Shown here one piece after another: positions 9,701 to 21,317 of a stretch of 64,000 bases of DNA. The DNA lies in NCBI GenBank assembly GCA_963793135.1, contig CAWBYX010000005.1:129203-193202 (forward strand), in the 5' to 3' direction. The position numbers and the translations under genes were made by a program. The notes beneath the pieces are model-generated. The model was not told where the DNA came from, made no database searches, and was given only the letters and a program-made list of their open reading frames with translations. Every line of letters begins with the position of its first letter. Position 1 is the stretch's first letter. This DNA is from an uncultured Verrucomicrobiae bacterium (lineage in GTDB: Bacteria > Verrucomicrobiota > Verrucomicrobiia > Chthoniobacterales > JAFAMB01).

Positions 9701-10833
9701 AACGCCATCTTCTTTGGCAAACCGCACTGGTGCAGTTTCAGTTCGGGTCCAATCACGATGACTGAACGACCTGAGTAATCCACCCGCTTGCCGAGGAGGT
9801 TCTGGCGGAATCGTCCACCTTTGCCCTTGAGCATGTCGCTCAATGACTTCAGCGGGCGATTTCCTGCACCCGTGACGGCCCGGCCGTGTCGGCCATTGTC
9901 GAATAAGGCATCAACCGCTTCCTGCAGCATGCGCTTCTCGTTTCGGATGATGACATCCGGCGTCTTCAATTGCAGAAGATTCTTCAACCGATTGTTACGG
10001 TTGATCACGCGCCGATAGAGATCGTTGAGATCCGAAGTGGCAAACCGGCCGCCCTCCAGCGGAACCAGCGGGCGGAGGTCAGGCGGAATCACCGGCAATA
10101 CTTCCAGAATCATCCACTCCGGCCGGGAATGAGAATTCATGAACCCTTGAATCAGCTTCAACCGTTTCGCGAGCTTTTTACGGATCTGCTTGCTCTTGGT
10201 GTTGTTCATCGACTCTTCAAGCTCGGCGTTCAGGGTCCGGAGCTCGATTTGAGAGAGCAACATTTTGATCGCTTCAGCGCCCATACCAGCGACGAAAGTG
10301 TCGCCATACTGTTCCTGAGCCTCTCGGTACTCCTGCTCATTGAGCAATTGGGTCTTCTGCAACTGGGTCTGGCCCGGATCAATGACGATGTAGTCCTCGT
10401 AATAAATGATTCGCTCCAATTGACGGGAGCTCATATCCAGCATCAGCCCTATACGGGAGGGCATGCACTTATAGAACCAGATGTGCGAGACCGGAACCGC
10501 GAGTTCAATGTGTCCCATTCGCTCGCGCCGCACCCGCGACAGGGTCACTTCCACACCGCATCGGTCACAAATGACACCCTTATGCTTGATCCGCTTATAC
10601 TTCCCGCACGAACATTCCCAGTCGCGAGTTGGACCAAAAATTCGCTCGCAGAATAGTCCGCCCTTCTCCGGCTTAAACGTTCTGTAGTTAATCGTTTCCG
10701 GATTCTTAACCTCGCCTTTGCTCCAGGAGCGGATCGCGTCGGGTGACGCGACACTGATCGCTACCTGGTCAAAGCCTACCGAGCGCTCCTCACCAAAAAT
10801 CTCGCGAAGATTCGTTTCGTTCATAGTGTCCAC
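6710..10833 (-). CDS. rpoC: DNA-directed RNA polymerase subunit beta-prime; as sequenced the frame is interrupted twice (three abutting ORFs 8707-10833, 7233-8720, 6710-7303)
   Basis: 708+495+197 aa = 1400 aa, colinear with bacterial beta-prime. Motifs: zinc-binding CSCGKYK...CDRCGVEV, catalytic [33 protein letters not shown], and [26 protein letters not shown]. Frame changes lie at about 8712-8724 and 7313-7319. Lies directly downstream of rpoB. Confidence 0.93.
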
Positions 10834-10935
10834 GGATAAGTGGTTGACTGACTAAAATTAGAAATCTGCCGTGATCGAGTCTGGAACCTGACGGGAAGCC
10901 CGAAAGCTTCCCCGTCACCCTCGATCTTCATTTGT

Positions 10936-13900
10936 TCATCCAGCTGCGGGCGTCACATCAAGGGCGGAATCACCAAATACCTGGGTTCGCCCACCGACTT
11001 TGACATCCAGACCCAAGCTCTGCATTTCCTTGATCAAAACGTTGAATGATTCGGGCGTACCTGCCTCCAGCGAGTTGTCGCCTTTCACAATCGATTCATA
11101 AATGCGGGTTCGCCCCTGAACGTCATCTGACTTCACCGTCAGCAGCTCCTGGAGCGTGTAAGCCGCTCCGTAAGCTTCCAGTGCCCAAACCTCCATTTCA
11201 CCAAATCGCTGACCGCCGTACTGAGCTTTACCGCCCAAAGGTTGCTGCGTCACGAGCGAGTAAGGACCAACCGCTCGCGCATGAATCTTGTCAGCCACCA
11301 GATGGCCGAGCTTCAGCATGTAAATATATCCGACCACGACATTCTGATCGAATGCATCGCCCGTCCGTCCGTCGTACAAGGTCGATTTTCCTGTCTCGGT
11401 GACCCAGGTGAATCCGTCGATTTTCTTCGCTTCGGTCAGGTATTTTCGGATTTCAGGTTCGTCAATGCCGTCGAAAACCGGGGTGGCAACTTTGAATCCA
11501 AGTGCTTTGGCAGCCACACCGAGGTGAGTCTCCAGCACTTGACCAACGTTCATTCGACTGGGGACTCCCAGTGGGTTTAAGACGATTTCGACCGGCGTGC
11601 CATCGTGTAGAAATGGCATGTCTTCTTCCGGAACGATCTTCGCCACTACCCCTTTGTTCCCATGCCGGCCCGCCATCTTATCCCCGACGCTCAACTTTCG
11701 CTTACTGGCAATATAGACTTTGACTTGCTTGATAATGCCAGGATCGATGTCGTCACCACTCTCAATGCGATCGAGTGAACGTTCTTTCTCCAGATCCAAC
11801 TCCGCAAACTTGTGCTCGAACGAACTGATGATCTCACGAATCTTGTTTCGAATGGGGCTCGGATCGATATCGACGTGATCGTAAACGCCCGCCAGCTTGC
11901 GCAGGAGCGTCTTGGTGATCTTCCGATTCGCCGGAATGATAATTTCACCGGTCTCCGCGTTGACGACATCGAGCGGAATTTTCTCACCCAGAAGAATGTT
12001 CGAGAGCGCCTCGGTCAGCTCTTCGTGCAATTCGTCTTTCTTCTTCTTGTAATCTTCGCCGATTTGCTTTGCCTGCCGTTTCGTTTCGGCTGGAGTCAGT
12101 TTTTGTTTCGCCACCTCTTTGCGGGAGGAAACTTTGACATCCATCACGATCCCGTAGGTACCGGAGGGGACGGTGAGTGAAGTGTCCTTCACGTCAGCAG
12201 CCTTCTCTCCAAAAATCGCTCGCAGCAACCGTTCTTCCGGCGCCAGTTCGGTCTCACTCTTTGGTGTGATTTTACCCACCAGGATATCGCCTGGCTTCAC
12301 TTCGGCGCCGACACGAATCACGCCGTCGGGCCCGAGATTTCTGAGGGCTTCCTCGCTGACGTTCGGGATATCACGAGTGATTTCTTCCGGACCCAGTTTG
12401 GTGTCACGAGCTCCAATTTCGAACTCGTCAATGTGGATGGAGGTGTAAATGTCCTCCTTCACCACCTTTTCCGAAATCAGAATAGCGTCTTCAAAATTGT
12501 AACCGTTCCATGGCATAAAGGCCACCAGGACGTTACGGCCAAGCGCTAGCTCACCGGCTTCAGTGTTCGGTCCATCCGCGATCACCTGGCCGGCTGCGAT
12601 CCGTTGACCCTTCCGCACGATCGGCTTCTGGTTGATACAGGTTCCCGCATTCGAGCGCATGAACTTTCGAAGCTCGTAAACGTGCAAGCCTTCATCCGGA
12701 CGGCTGACCAGCTTCTTCCTCAGTTCCGGCGGTTTACCTTCCTTCGTAATGATAATCTGTTCCGCCGTGACAGACGCCACCACTCCGTCGGCTTCCGCCA
12801 CGATGACCGCCTTGGAATCTCGAGCCACTTTGCCTTCCAGCCCAGTTCCAACTAAAGGCGCCTCGGATCGGATCAGCGGCACCCCCTGGCGCTGCATGTT
12901 CGAGCCCATCAACGCCCGGTTAGCATCATCATGTTCGAGGAATGGGATGAGTCCCGCCGCCACCGAAACCAACTGCTTCGGCGAGATATCCATGTAATGG
13001 ATTTTGCCTGGATCCACTTCCAGAAAATCGCCCCGATAACGACAGGAAACTTTCTCGTCCGTAAAGTTGCCGTCCTCATCGATCGGCGCATTGGCCTGAG
13101 CGACGAGATAATTCTCTTCCCGGTCCGCGGTTAAGTAGTCGATCTGCGCCGAAACCCGACCGCCTTCCACCCGGCGATATGGGGTCTCAATGAAGCCGAA
13201 CTCATTAATCCGGGCAAAAGTGCTCATTGAGCTGATCAGACCAATGTTGGGTCCTTCCGGCGTCTCGATGGGACAGATCCGTCCATAGTGCGACGGATGG
13301 ACGTCACGGACTTCGAAACCTGCGCGGTCTCTGCTCAGACCGCCTGGCCCGAGAGCGGACAAGCGCCGTTTGTGCGTCAATTCCGCGAGAGGATTGGTCT
13401 GATCCATGAACTGGCTCAACTGGGAACGACCAAAGAAATCACGAATCACCGCGCTTAACGCCTTGGGATTGATCAATTTCTGCGGCGTCATTCCGTCGAT
13501 ATTTACATCGAAGAGAGTCATCCGCTCTTTGACCAGGCGCTCGGTGCGCGCCAGTCCCACTCGGCACTGGTTGGCCAGCAACTCGCCCACGGTACGCACC
13601 CGACGGCTACCCAGGTGGTCGATGTCATCGAGGATCCCCTCACCTTTTCGCAGGGTGATGAGGTACTTCATCGCTCCGATAAAGTCTTCCTTCGTCAGAG
13701 TCCGCTCCGCGAGATCGACTTCAATTCCCAGTTTTTGATTGATCTTGTAACGGCCAACCCGGCCGAGATCATACTTTTTGGGATCGAAAAACAACCGCTT
13801 GAGCAATCCGCGAGCGTTGGCAACGGTTGGAGGATCGCCCGGACGCAATCTGCGGTATATATCCTTGAGAGCTTCTTCCTCATCGTGCGCCGGATCCTTC

Positions 13901-14751
13901 TTAATCGACTTGATGATGGTGTCATCATCCTTGGTATCGACGACGCTCACCTCGGTGATTCCAAGCGTCAGGATCTGTTGGATCGTCGCCTTGGTTAACG
14001 GTTCGAAGGCGCGCGCTAAAGTAATCTCCCCGTCCCGGACGTCCTGGATCAGTACTCGAGTATTCAGCTCATCTTCCTCAACTTCTTTAGTCAGATTAAG
14101 CTTCTCGATGTTGTAAAAGAGCTTGATGATGTCGCCGTCGCCGCTAAAGCCAATCGAGCGCAGGAACGTGGTGGCCAGAAATTTCCGCCGGCGTTTCCGG
14201 CGATCCAGATAAATATAGAGCAGGTCGTTGGTATCAAACTGCACCTCCAGCCAGGAGCCGCGATCTGGGATAATTCTAAAGCTGTAAAGGACCTTGCCGT
14301 TCAAGTGAATCGATGACTCGAACGCAATTCCGGGAGACCGATGCAGCTGGCTAACGACCACGCGTTCAGCACCATTGATCACGAATGTCCCCTGCGGCGT
14401 CATCAGCGGGATTTCGCCCATGTAAACCTTTTCTTCTTTGGTGCCCTTGTCATCCCGAAGCTGGAAAGTCACATGCAGAGGCGCACTAAAGGTCTGCCCT
14501 TCCCGCTGGCACTCCAGCGCCGACATTTTTGGTTCACCAATGTCGTAACTGACAAAATCCAGGACGACCTTATCGTCGTAACTCTGGATCGGAAACACCT
14601 CCCTGAAGACAGCCTGCAATCCCACATTCTTTCGCCTGCCCGGCGAAACGTCCTTTTGCAGGAATTCCACATAGGAATTGAGCTGGACTTCAATCAGATT
14701 GGGCGGCTCAATGGCTTCTTTGATTTTTCCGAAGTAAATACGCTCTGACAT
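10936..14751 (-). CDS. rpoB: DNA-directed RNA polymerase subunit beta
   Basis: Intact 1271-aa ORF. Motifs [44 protein letters not shown], and [14 protein letters not shown]. Confidence 0.97.
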   Translation of the reverse strand: MSERIYFGKIKEAIEPPNLIEVQLNSYVEFLQKDVSPGRRKNVGLQAVFREVFPIQSYDDKVVLDFVSYDIGEPKMSALECQREGQTFSAPLHVTFQLRDDKGTKEEKVYMGEIPLMTPQGTFVINGAERVVVSQLHRSPGIAFESSIHLNGKVLYSFRIIPDRGSWLEVQFDTNDLLYIYLDRRKRRRKFLATTFLRSIGFSGDGDIIKLFYNIEKLNLTKEVEEDELNTRVLIQDVRDGEITLARAFEPLTKATIQQILTLGITEVSVVDTKDDDTIIKSIKKDPAHDEEEALKDIYRRLRPGDPPTVANARGLLKRLFFDPKKYDLGRVGRYKINQKLGIEVDLAERTLTKEDFIGAMKYLITLRKGEGILDDIDHLGSRRVRTVGELLANQCRVGLARTERLVKERMTLFDVNIDGMTPQKLINPKALSAVIRDFFGRSQLSQFMDQTNPLAELTHKRRLSALGPGGLSRDRAGFEVRDVHPSHYGRICPIETPEGPNIGLISSMSTFARINEFGFIETPYRRVEGGRVSAQIDYLTADREENYLVAQANAPIDEDGNFTDEKVSCRYRGDFLEVDPGKIHYMDISPKQLVSVAAGLIPFLEHDDANRALMGSNMQRQGVPLIRSEAPLVGTGLEGKVARDSKAVIVAEADGVVASVTAEQIIITKEGKPPELRKKLVSRPDEGLHVYELRKFMRSNAGTCINQKPIVRKGQRIAAGQVIADGPNTEAGELALGRNVLVAFMPWNGYNFEDAILISEKVVKEDIYTSIHIDEFEIGARDTKLGPEEITRDIPNVSEEALRNLGPDGVIRVGAEVKPGDILVGKITPKSETELAPEERLLRAIFGEKAADVKDTSLTVPSGTYGIVMDVKVSSRKEVAKQKLTPAETKRQAKQIGEDYKKKKDELHEELTEALSNILLGEKIPLDVVNAETGEIIIPANRKITKTLLRKLAGVYDHVDIDPSPIRNKIREIISSFEHKFAELDLEKERSLDRIESGDDIDPGIIKQVKVYIASKRKLSVGDKMAGRHGNKGVVAKIVPEEDMPFLHDGTPVEIVLNPLGVPSRMNVGQVLETHLGVAAKALGFKVATPVFDGIDEPEIRKYLTEAKKIDGFTWVTETGKSTLYDGRTGDAFDQNVVVGYIYMLKLGHLVADKIHARAVGPYSLVTQQPLGGKAQYGGQRFGEMEVWALEAYGAAYTLQELLTVKSDDVQGRTRIYESIVKGDNSLEAGTPESFNVLIKEMQSLGLDVKVGGRTQVFGDSALDVTPAAG

Positions 14752-15033
14752 ACGGTAACGTGTTAGCTAGTCGAACGGGCAAAGTACTCTGCCCCGCCGC
14801 GGACTACCGTTTTGGTGAAGGTTTCAATAACAAAGGGGAAGACAAATAGCCCCACGCGCATGGCTTGTCAAATTTGCCATACTTATGGAGCACCCAATTT
14901 GTTATTTCTTTTAACTTGCGAGCGATAATCTCGATGTTCCGCGGTTAACGGAATCACAGGATACGCAAATGCAGCTCCCTTGCAAGCAATTTCGTAACTG
15001 AGACGCACACGCGCACCCAGCTTGCTCAGCTTC

Positions 15034-15076
15034 TAAAATAAAATGCGGGACGCACCTTGAGAGGGCGCCCCGCATT
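15034..15076 (-). terminator. hairpin plus T-run between rplL and rpoB (attenuator/terminator-like)
   Basis: Minus-strand AAATGCGGGGCGCC-ctctcaa-GGTGCGTCCCGCATTT followed by TATTTT. It sits in the same position as the rplL-rpoB attenuator of E. coli. Confidence 0.55.
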
Positions 15077-15106
15077 TGCAGGCGGGCCGAAGCCCATCCT
15101 GCCGAT

Positions 15107-15496
15107 TTACTTGACTTCGACTTTTGCGCCAGCCGCTTCGATCTTCTTCTTGATATCTTCGGCCTCTTGCTTGGTGACACCTTCCTTCACAGTCTTAGGT
15201 GCGCCTTCAACCAGCGCTTTCGCTTCAGCAAGTCCAAGACCCGGAACCGATGCACGGACTTCCTTGATCACCGAGATCTTGTTTGGACCAATCTCTTTGA
15301 GGATAACGTCAAAGGCTGTTTGCTCTTCGACCACCGGAGCCGCCGCACCACCAGCGCCTCCCGCAGGAGATGCCGCAACAGCCACCGGAGCGGCCGCGCT
15401 GACTCCCCACTTTTCCTCAAGTTTTTTAACTAGATCAGCGATTTCCAGGACGGTCAGTGCGCTGAGTTGATCGACTATTTGATTTGTATCTGCCAT
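15107..15496 (-). CDS. rplL: 50S ribosomal protein L7/L12
   Basis: 129-aa [22 protein letters not shown], an Ala-rich hinge, and a C-terminal [27 protein letters not shown]. Confidence 0.96.
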   Translation of the reverse strand: MADTNQIVDQLSALTVLEIADLVKKLEEKWGVSAAAPVAVAASPAGGAGGAAAPVVEEQTAFDVILKEIGPNKISVIKEVRASVPGLGLAEAKALVEGAPKTVKEGVTKQEAEDIKKKIEAAGAKVEVK

Positions 15497-15695
15497 TTTT
15501 TCTTTCTCTCGGTATCGTCGCGCCCCGAAGCCTCAGAGCATTTAAGAACCCGCAGCCGCGGACCCCGACGACCACCATTTTTTTCTTGCTCGCGACGTGT
15601 GGCTTCTTCCACGCCCCGAAAATTCACTCTCTAAAGGAACAATGAATTACCCGCTTCGGCCCAAGGGTGGCCGATGACGTACCGTCCATCGGAGG

Positions 15696-16259
15696 CTACC
15701 CCGAAATTGAATCAGCCGGCAATGGAGTCTCCGGCGCACCCGAATCCGCACCTTCCTTGTCTAACCTTGCTTTCAACAAACGCGCCAGCGAGGCACCCGG
15801 TTCGTTGAGCAATACCACTAGCTTTTGCAACGGCGATTTGAGAACTCCCAACAACTGTGATTGGAGAATTGCTTTGGGCGGCAGATCGGCGAGCGCCCGG
15901 ATCTGGTCCTTCGAGATGATTGCTTTGTCCAGAACCCCGATTTTGACGGTTGGCTTTTGAAATTCAGTCGAGAAGCTCTTGAGAATTTTCGCGGCTGCGC
16001 AAACATCGCTTTCTCCGGTCACAATGGCCGTCTGACCAATGAGACTATCCGTTAGATCCGGGTATCCCACTTCTGCGACGGCGCGACGCAGAAAAGTATT
16101 TTTAACCACTCTGCACCGCGCACCGGCTCCGGCCAAACGCGACCGCAACTCCGAAAATTGGAGCACGTTCATTCCGGTATATTCCGTCACAATCAAAAAC
16201 GGGGACTGATTCAATCTCGCGGAGAGATCTTCAACGATCGTAGCTTTTTCTGGTCTCAT
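15696..16259 (-). CDS. rplJ: 50S ribosomal protein L10
   Basis: 187-aa ORF upstream of rplL, with an L10-like N-terminus (KATIVEDLSARLNQSPFLIVTEYTGMNVLQFSELR). Confidence 0.9.
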   Translation of the reverse strand: MRPEKATIVEDLSARLNQSPFLIVTEYTGMNVLQFSELRSRLAGAGARCRVVKNTFLRRAVAEVGYPDLTDSLIGQTAIVTGESDVCAAAKILKSFSTEFQKPTVKIGVLDKAIISKDQIRALADLPPKAILQSQLLGVLKSPLQKLVVLLNEPGASLARLLKARLDKEGADSGAPETPLPADSISG

Positions 16260-16274
16260 TCTAGTTCATCCCTC

Positions 16275-16976
16275 CTACTTCGAAAACGGTGTGGCATCGA
16301 CTCGCAATCCGGGAGTCATCGTTGCGCTCATGGTGATATTGTGAACGAACTTGCCTTTAGCCGTCGCGGGCCGCGCCTTAACCACGGCGTCAATCACAGC
16401 AGAGCCGTTTTCCACCAACGCCTTTTGGGTGAAAGAATACTTGCCCATCGGCACGGCAACGTTGCCATTTTTATCGAGCTTGAATTCAACGCGCCCCGCC
16501 TTCACTTCTCGAACAGCCTTGGCGGTATCCTCCGTGACCGTCCCCGTCTTGGGGTTCGGCATCAAACCTCTGGGACCAAGAATTTTGCCAAGCTTGCGCA
16601 CTTCCGCCATGGCACCGGGCGTTGCGATCGCAACATCGAAATCCTGGAAACCTTCCTGGCATTTCTTGATCAGGTCTTCAAAGCCTACGTACTCGGCACC
16701 GGCTTCCTTCGCGGCTTCCGCTGCCTGGCCCTGAGCAAAAACCAGCACCCGGACTAAATTGCCACTTCCATTGGGGAGCGGACAGGTCCCACGAACCATT
16801 TGGTCAGATTGACGTGGATCCACCCCAAGCCTGAAAGAAAGAGTGACAGTTTGATCAAATTTTGGAGGCGGAAGCGTCTTCAGTGTCTGCACTGCCTCCT
16901 CCAACGAATAGGTCTTGGCCAGATCGATCAAATCGATGCAAGCGCGATAACGTTTACTGCGGTCGGCGACTTTCAT
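16275..16976 (-). CDS. rplA: 50S ribosomal protein L1
   Basis: 233-aa ORF. FDQTVTLSFRLGVDPRQSDQMVRG and ATPGAMAEVRKLGKILGPRGLMPNPK motifs. Confidence 0.95.
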   Translation of the reverse strand: MKVADRSKRYRACIDLIDLAKTYSLEEAVQTLKTLPPPKFDQTVTLSFRLGVDPRQSDQMVRGTCPLPNGSGNLVRVLVFAQGQAAEAAKEAGAEYVGFEDLIKKCQEGFQDFDVAIATPGAMAEVRKLGKILGPRGLMPNPKTGTVTEDTAKAVREVKAGRVEFKLDKNGNVAVPMGKYSFTQKALVENGSAVIDAVVKARPATAKGKFVHNITMSATMTPGLRVDATPFSK

Positions 16977-17030
16977 TTTAATTTTGCAGTCATTGCGGGC
17001 ATTCCGGCCCTCCTGCGGATGCGAACATCA

Positions 17031-17456
17031 TTATTCTTCGACTTCGATGCCCATCTGGCGAGCAGTTCCCACCAAGGTTCGGTAGGCGGCTTCTTCCGAG
17101 CGGGCATTCATGTCCTTCATTTTTATTTTTACGATATCCATCACCTGGCTCTTGGTCAGCTTGGCCACCTTGGTCTTGTTTGGCTCTTTCGAACCCGCCG
17201 CGATATTGGCGGCTTTCTTCAGCAGCATTGACGCGGGCGGCGATTTGGTGATGAAAGTGAAACTCTTGTCTTTGTAAACGGTAATGACCACAGGGAGGAT
17301 ATCACCGACCTGTTTCTGGGTCACCGCGTTGAACTCTTTGCAGAAGGCCATGATATTGACGCCATTCTGACCGAGAGCGGGACCCACGGGAGGCGCCGGG
17401 TTGGCCTGGCCTGCCGGGATCTGCAGCTTGATGGTTGCAACAACTTCTTTCGCCAT
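17031..17456 (-). CDS. rplK: 50S ribosomal protein L11
   Basis: 141-aa [38 protein letters not shown]. Confidence 0.96.
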   Translation of the reverse strand: MAKEVVATIKLQIPAGQANPAPPVGPALGQNGVNIMAFCKEFNAVTQKQVGDILPVVITVYKDKSFTFITKSPPASMLLKKAANIAAGSKEPNKTKVAKLTKSQVMDIVKIKMKDMNARSEEAAYRTLVGTARQMGIEVEE

Positions 17457-17487
17457 AGTCTTTAGTGTCGTGATTCGGTTGAATCAG

Positions 17488-18051
17488 TTATCCTCGTTCC
17501 ACCTGCCAATATTCCAGTTCGACCGGCGTCGACCGGCCAAAGATACTGACTGATACCCGCAGTTTTCCGCGGTCAGGATCAATCTCTTCGACCACGCCGC
17601 TCTGGTTTTGGAAGGGGCCATCCGCAACCTTGACCGTTTCTCCAACCTCAAAACTTACTTTTGGTTTAACCTTGTCTTCGAGTTGCCGGATTTGCGCCAG
17701 CATGCTTTCAACCTCCTGGGGCCGCATCGGTACCGGCCGATCTTTGGTGCCGGCAAAACCAAGGACTCCAGGGGTCTCGCGAATAAAATACCAGGTCCGC
17801 TCAACCAGTTGGTTCTGTTTGTCGAGTAAGAACATGTTGACGATCAGGTAGCCGGGAAAAAATTTACGGGTTGTTTCGGTTCGCTTTCCCCGCTTAATCT
17901 CGGAAACCCGTTCCGTCGGGATCAAAACCTCATACACCAGGTCGCCCATTTCCTCGGTCTTGATTCGCCGCGCAAGATTATCGAAGACCTTCTGTTCTTG
18001 CCCTGAGAGCACATGGACGACGAACCACTGACTTTTATCGACTTCACTCAT
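17488..18051 (-). CDS. nusG: transcription termination/antitermination factor NusG
   Basis: 187-aa ORF. WFVVHVLSGQEQKV (NGN domain) and a KOW region GETVKVADGPFQNQSGVVEEID. secE-nusG-rplK synteny. Confidence 0.93.
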   Translation of the reverse strand: MSEVDKSQWFVVHVLSGQEQKVFDNLARRIKTEEMGDLVYEVLIPTERVSEIKRGKRTETTRKFFPGYLIVNMFLLDKQNQLVERTWYFIRETPGVLGFAGTKDRPVPMRPQEVESMLAQIRQLEDKVKPKVSFEVGETVKVADGPFQNQSGVVEEIDPDRGKLRVSVSIFGRSTPVELEYWQVERG

Positions 18052-18068
18052 ATCGGGCTACCTAGGGC

Positions 18069-18281
18069 TCAAGGGACCAACAACTTCACGAGATTCACCA
18101 TCACCAGATCCCAGAAGGCAATGTAGCCGCTCAAAAGCAACATCGCGACCACCACCACCGCCGTTGAATCAATGAGTTCGCGATATTTCTTAATTCCTTT
18201 TTCCTTGGGGTCCCAAGGCCAGCTGGCTTTCTCCAGCTCTGTCTTCACCTCGATTAAAAACCCTTTTACGCGAGCAATCAT
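18069..18281 (-). CDS. secE: preprotein translocase subunit SecE
   Basis: 70-aa ORF with a single C-terminal TM helix (AVVVVAMLLLSGYIAFWDLV), located between tRNA-Trp and nusG. Confidence 0.85.
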   Translation of the reverse strand: MIARVKGFLIEVKTELEKASWPWDPKEKGIKKYRELIDSTAVVVVAMLLLSGYIAFWDLVMVNLVKLLVP

Positions 18282-18356
18282 AGTCTCAAACGGAGGTCTT
18301 GACTCCGTTTATTTCATATTCCACGGGACTGGCACGATCTGTTAACCTCTCATGAA

Positions 18357-18429
18357 CAGGTCAGGAGGGACTCGAACCCCCAACCGGCGGTTTTGGAGAC
18401 CGCTGCTCTACCAATTGAGCTACTGACCT
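18357..18429 (-). tRNA. tRNA-Trp (anticodon CCA)
   Basis: Sense strand AGGTCAGTAGCTCAATTGGTAGAGCAGCGGTCTCCAAAACCGCCGGTTGGGGGTTCGAGTCCCTCCTGACCTG. Folds as a cloverleaf with anticodon loop CT-CCA-AA. Confidence 0.93.
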
Positions 18430-18447
18430 ATCTCTAAGGAGCCCTTC

Positions 18448-18481
18448 AAAAAAACAGGAAGGGTCCGGCAAACGCCGGACC
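18448..18481 (-). terminator. hairpin plus T7 run downstream of tuf
   Basis: Minus-strand GGTCCGGCgtttGCCGGACC, then CTTCCTGTTTTTTT. Confidence 0.5.
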
Positions 18482-18519
18482 ACCTTATTCAGCAATAAAT
18501 ACCTTTGGATCTTCGCAAA

Positions 18520-19704
18520 CTAGTCAAGGATCTCGGCGACACGACCCGCGCCCACCGTTCGTCCGCCTTCTCGAATGGCAAATCGGATCGTCCTCTCCAT
18601 GGCGATCGGCGTCAGCAGCTCGACTTCAATTCCGACGTTATCACCAGGCATCACCATCTCCACTCCATCCGGCAATTTCACCGTTCCGGTCACGTCCGTC
18701 GTCCGAAAATAAAATTGCGGACGATAATTGGTGAAAAACGGGGTATGACGACCACCTTCTTCCTTGCTCAGGACGTATACTTCCGCCTTGAATTTCTTGT
18801 GAGGCTTGATAGTGCCCGGTTTCGCGACAACCTGCCCACGTTCCACATCCTCTTTCTTAATACCGCGGAGTAAAACCCCTACGTTGTCCCCGGCCCGAGC
18901 TTCGTCCAGGAGCTTACGGAACATTTCAATATCGGTCACAGTCGTCTTCGCTGTCGGTCGAATCCCAACAATCTCGACTTCCTCCATTTTTTTCAGGATG
19001 CCGCGTTCACAACGACCGGTGACCACAGTTCCACGACCTTCAATGTTGAACACGTCTTCGATCGGCAACAAGAAAGGTTGATCGATGGGGCGTTCCGGAA
19101 GCGGGATGTATTCATCCACCGCAGCCATCAATTGATAGATCGCCTCTTTGGACTTCGGATCACCTTCCAGCGCTTTCAGCGCGCTCCCTTTGACAATCGG
19201 GATCGTGTCCCCGGGAAACTCGTATTGCGAGAGAAGATCGCGTACTTCCATTTCCACGAGGTCAAGAAGCTCCGGGTCGTCCACCATGTCGCATTTATTC
19301 AAGAAAACCACGATCGAAGGCACACCGACCTGGCGGGCCAGAAGAATGTGTTCCCGGGTTTGCGGCATCGGGCCGTCAGCGGCCGAAACAACCAGGATAG
19401 CGCCATCCATCTGCGCGGCACCCGTAATCATGTTCTTGACGTAGTCCGCGTGACCCGGACAATCGACGTGCGCATAGTGCCTTTTTTCGGTCGAATATTC
19501 CACATGCGCGGTATTGATGGTGATGCCGCGTTCTTTTTCTTCAGGAGCGTTATCGATCTGGTCGTATCGCGTCGCCTGGGCCATGCCCTTTTCGGCCAGA
19601 ACCGTCGTGATAGCGGCCGTCAATGTAGTCTTTCCATGGTCCACGTGGCCAATTGTGCCTACGTTCACGTGCGGTTTGGATCTTTCAAATTTATCCTTAG
19701 CCAT
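18520..19704 (-). CDS. tuf: translation elongation factor Tu
   Basis: 394-aa [21 protein letters not shown], and NKCD GTPase motifs. Confidence 0.98.
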   Translation of the reverse strand: MAKDKFERSKPHVNVGTIGHVDHGKTTLTAAITTVLAEKGMAQATRYDQIDNAPEEKERGITINTAHVEYSTEKRHYAHVDCPGHADYVKNMITGAAQMDGAILVVSAADGPMPQTREHILLARQVGVPSIVVFLNKCDMVDDPELLDLVEMEVRDLLSQYEFPGDTIPIVKGSALKALEGDPKSKEAIYQLMAAVDEYIPLPERPIDQPFLLPIEDVFNIEGRGTVVTGRCERGILKKMEEVEIVGIRPTAKTTVTDIEMFRKLLDEARAGDNVGVLLRGIKKEDVERGQVVAKPGTIKPHKKFKAEVYVLSKEEGGRHTPFFTNYRPQFYFRTTDVTGTVKLPDGVEMVMPGDNVGIEVELLTPIAMERTIRFAIREGGRTVGAGRVAEILD

Positions 19705-19771
19705 TTAAGGTCTCCTTATACTCTTGCTACTAATGTCTTAACTTCCGATCGTCTGGATCATTCACGGGACA

Positions 19772-19847
<76 letters not shown>

Positions 19848-20134
19848 GGGTGCCGTTTTCGGCCAACTTACAAAGTTACCAAGACTGACCGAATCGCGTC
19901 GTCGGATCTTGAAATCAAAAAGCATCGGCCTAAAATCTTAAGTCCCTGCAGATTAAAGGCATTAAGCTTGCTGCTCAAGGTCCGCCAAGCGAGCCGGAAA
20001 CTTAACAAAGAGTCCCAGTCCGTCAACAGGATTCTTCGGCGCCGCCAGTGGCGATCTAAACCGCAGGCTCCTAAGGAGAAAGCTCGGCATAAGCCACCTT
20101 TAAGCGCGGCGTCAGCTCACCGGCGCAACAAGGT

Positions 20135-21022
20135 CTAACTGTCGGGGATTGCTCCAACTTCAGTCTCGCGAGCCCGAAGACCGGCGGCCGCCTCATCCCG
20201 GGAGATCCGGTGATCATCTGCAGGTGTAACAGGTTCTGGTGCATAGGGTTCCGCGACACGGCGAATTGCAGTGGCCTTACCGGTCGCCAAGTCGATGTCG
20301 ACCAGGATCCCGTGCAGCGTGACGCCCCCTTTGGCCACCGGAAAGTTGGTCGGCATACTGGTGACAAATCGTTGAATGATTGGATGGATTTCACGGCCCA
20401 AGACCGACTCATTCGGCCCGCACATTCCCGCGTCGCAAATAAAAGCCGTCCCTCCTGGGAAGATCTGTTCATCAGCGGTTTGCACATGGGTGTGCGTGCC
20501 GGCTACCGCCGACACTTTCCCATCCAGAAATCGCCCCAGAGCAATTTTCTCACTGGTGGTTTCCGCATGGACATCCACGAAGATTATATGCGTTTCGGCA
20601 CGCATCCGACTGACCTCTTCCTGGATATGCCGAAAGGGGTTCTCCAGACTTGGCTGCATAAACGTCCTCCCTTGCACGTTGATCACCCCTACTTTTCCCT
20701 TGACGGTCTCGAGAACGATGGACCCTTTGCCTGGTGTGCCAACCGGATAATTGATCGGACGCAGTAGACGAGGCTCGGTTTCGATATACGAACTCACCTC
20801 TTTCTGGTCCCAGATATGGTCTCCACTGGTGATCACCGCTACGCCCGCTCGCAGCAGGTCAATCGTAATTCTCCCGGTAATCCCGCGACCGGCCGCCGCG
20901 TTTTCGCCATTGACGATGACAAAATCGACCTCCCACGTCTGCCTAAGCTTCGGCACCATTTCGATCACCGCTTTTCGCCCAGGTTCCCCAATAATGTCGC
21001 CGAGAAATAAAAGTCGAAGCAT
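20135..21022 (-). CDS. YmdB-like metallophosphoesterase (TIGR00282 family)
   Basis: ORF 20135-21031. I place the start at the ATG at 21022 (MLRLLFLGDIIGEPGRK). Motifs NGENAAAGRGIT, TSGDHIWDQ, and DVHAETTSEK. Confidence 0.8.
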   Translation of the reverse strand: MLRLLFLGDIIGEPGRKAVIEMVPKLRQTWEVDFVIVNGENAAAGRGITGRITIDLLRAGVAVITSGDHIWDQKEVSSYIETEPRLLRPINYPVGTPGKGSIVLETVKGKVGVINVQGRTFMQPSLENPFRHIQEEVSRMRAETHIIFVDVHAETTSEKIALGRFLDGKVSAVAGTHTHVQTADEQIFPGGTAFICDAGMCGPNESVLGREIHPIIQRFVTSMPTNFPVAKGGVTLHGILVDIDLATGKATAIRRVAEPYAPEPVTPADDHRISRDEAAAGLRARETEVGAIPDS

Positions 21023-21092
21023 TGCGCACACCCTGATGATTCCATCTATATAAGTTCTTGCAGTGCCCGAATCAAATTTGCCACGGCGGGGG

Positions 21093-21286
21093 GGACGGGT
21101 CGGCGGGTCGGCGTTGGTCGGCGTGTCGGCGTAGGGCGGCAGAACATACCAGCAACCGGAAGAGGCAGATCGGCGTAAAGCGATAAGAAAGGCATGAGAG
21201 AGCGACTTCTACGCCGATACGCCCCTGCGCCGACCCGCCGATACGTCTCTGCTGCCGCCGCCGCACGCCATACGCCGTCCCCCGCC
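21093..21286. repeat. imperfect palindrome built from TCGGCG words
   Basis: GGGACGGGTCGGCGGGTCGGCGTTGGTCGGCGTGTCGGCGTAGGGCGG ... ACGCCGATACGCCCCTGCGCCGACCCGCCGATACG. The inner pair is ATCGGCGTA/TACGCCGAT. Confidence 0.8.
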
Positions 21287-21317
21287 GTTTCTCCTGCTGC
21301 TCTTTTTCCTGCTGCCA

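Noticed and set aside
6710-10833. Programmed ribosomal frameshifting in rpoC, or a naturally split rpoC like cyanobacterial rpoC1/rpoC2
   Set aside because: Neither junction has a slippery sequence, an adjacent in-frame stop or a stimulatory structure, unlike prfB (CUU UGA C). The pieces overlap without their own ATG or RBS; the 'M' of the middle ORF is a TTG inside the colinear sequence. The split points do not correspond to known natural split sites.
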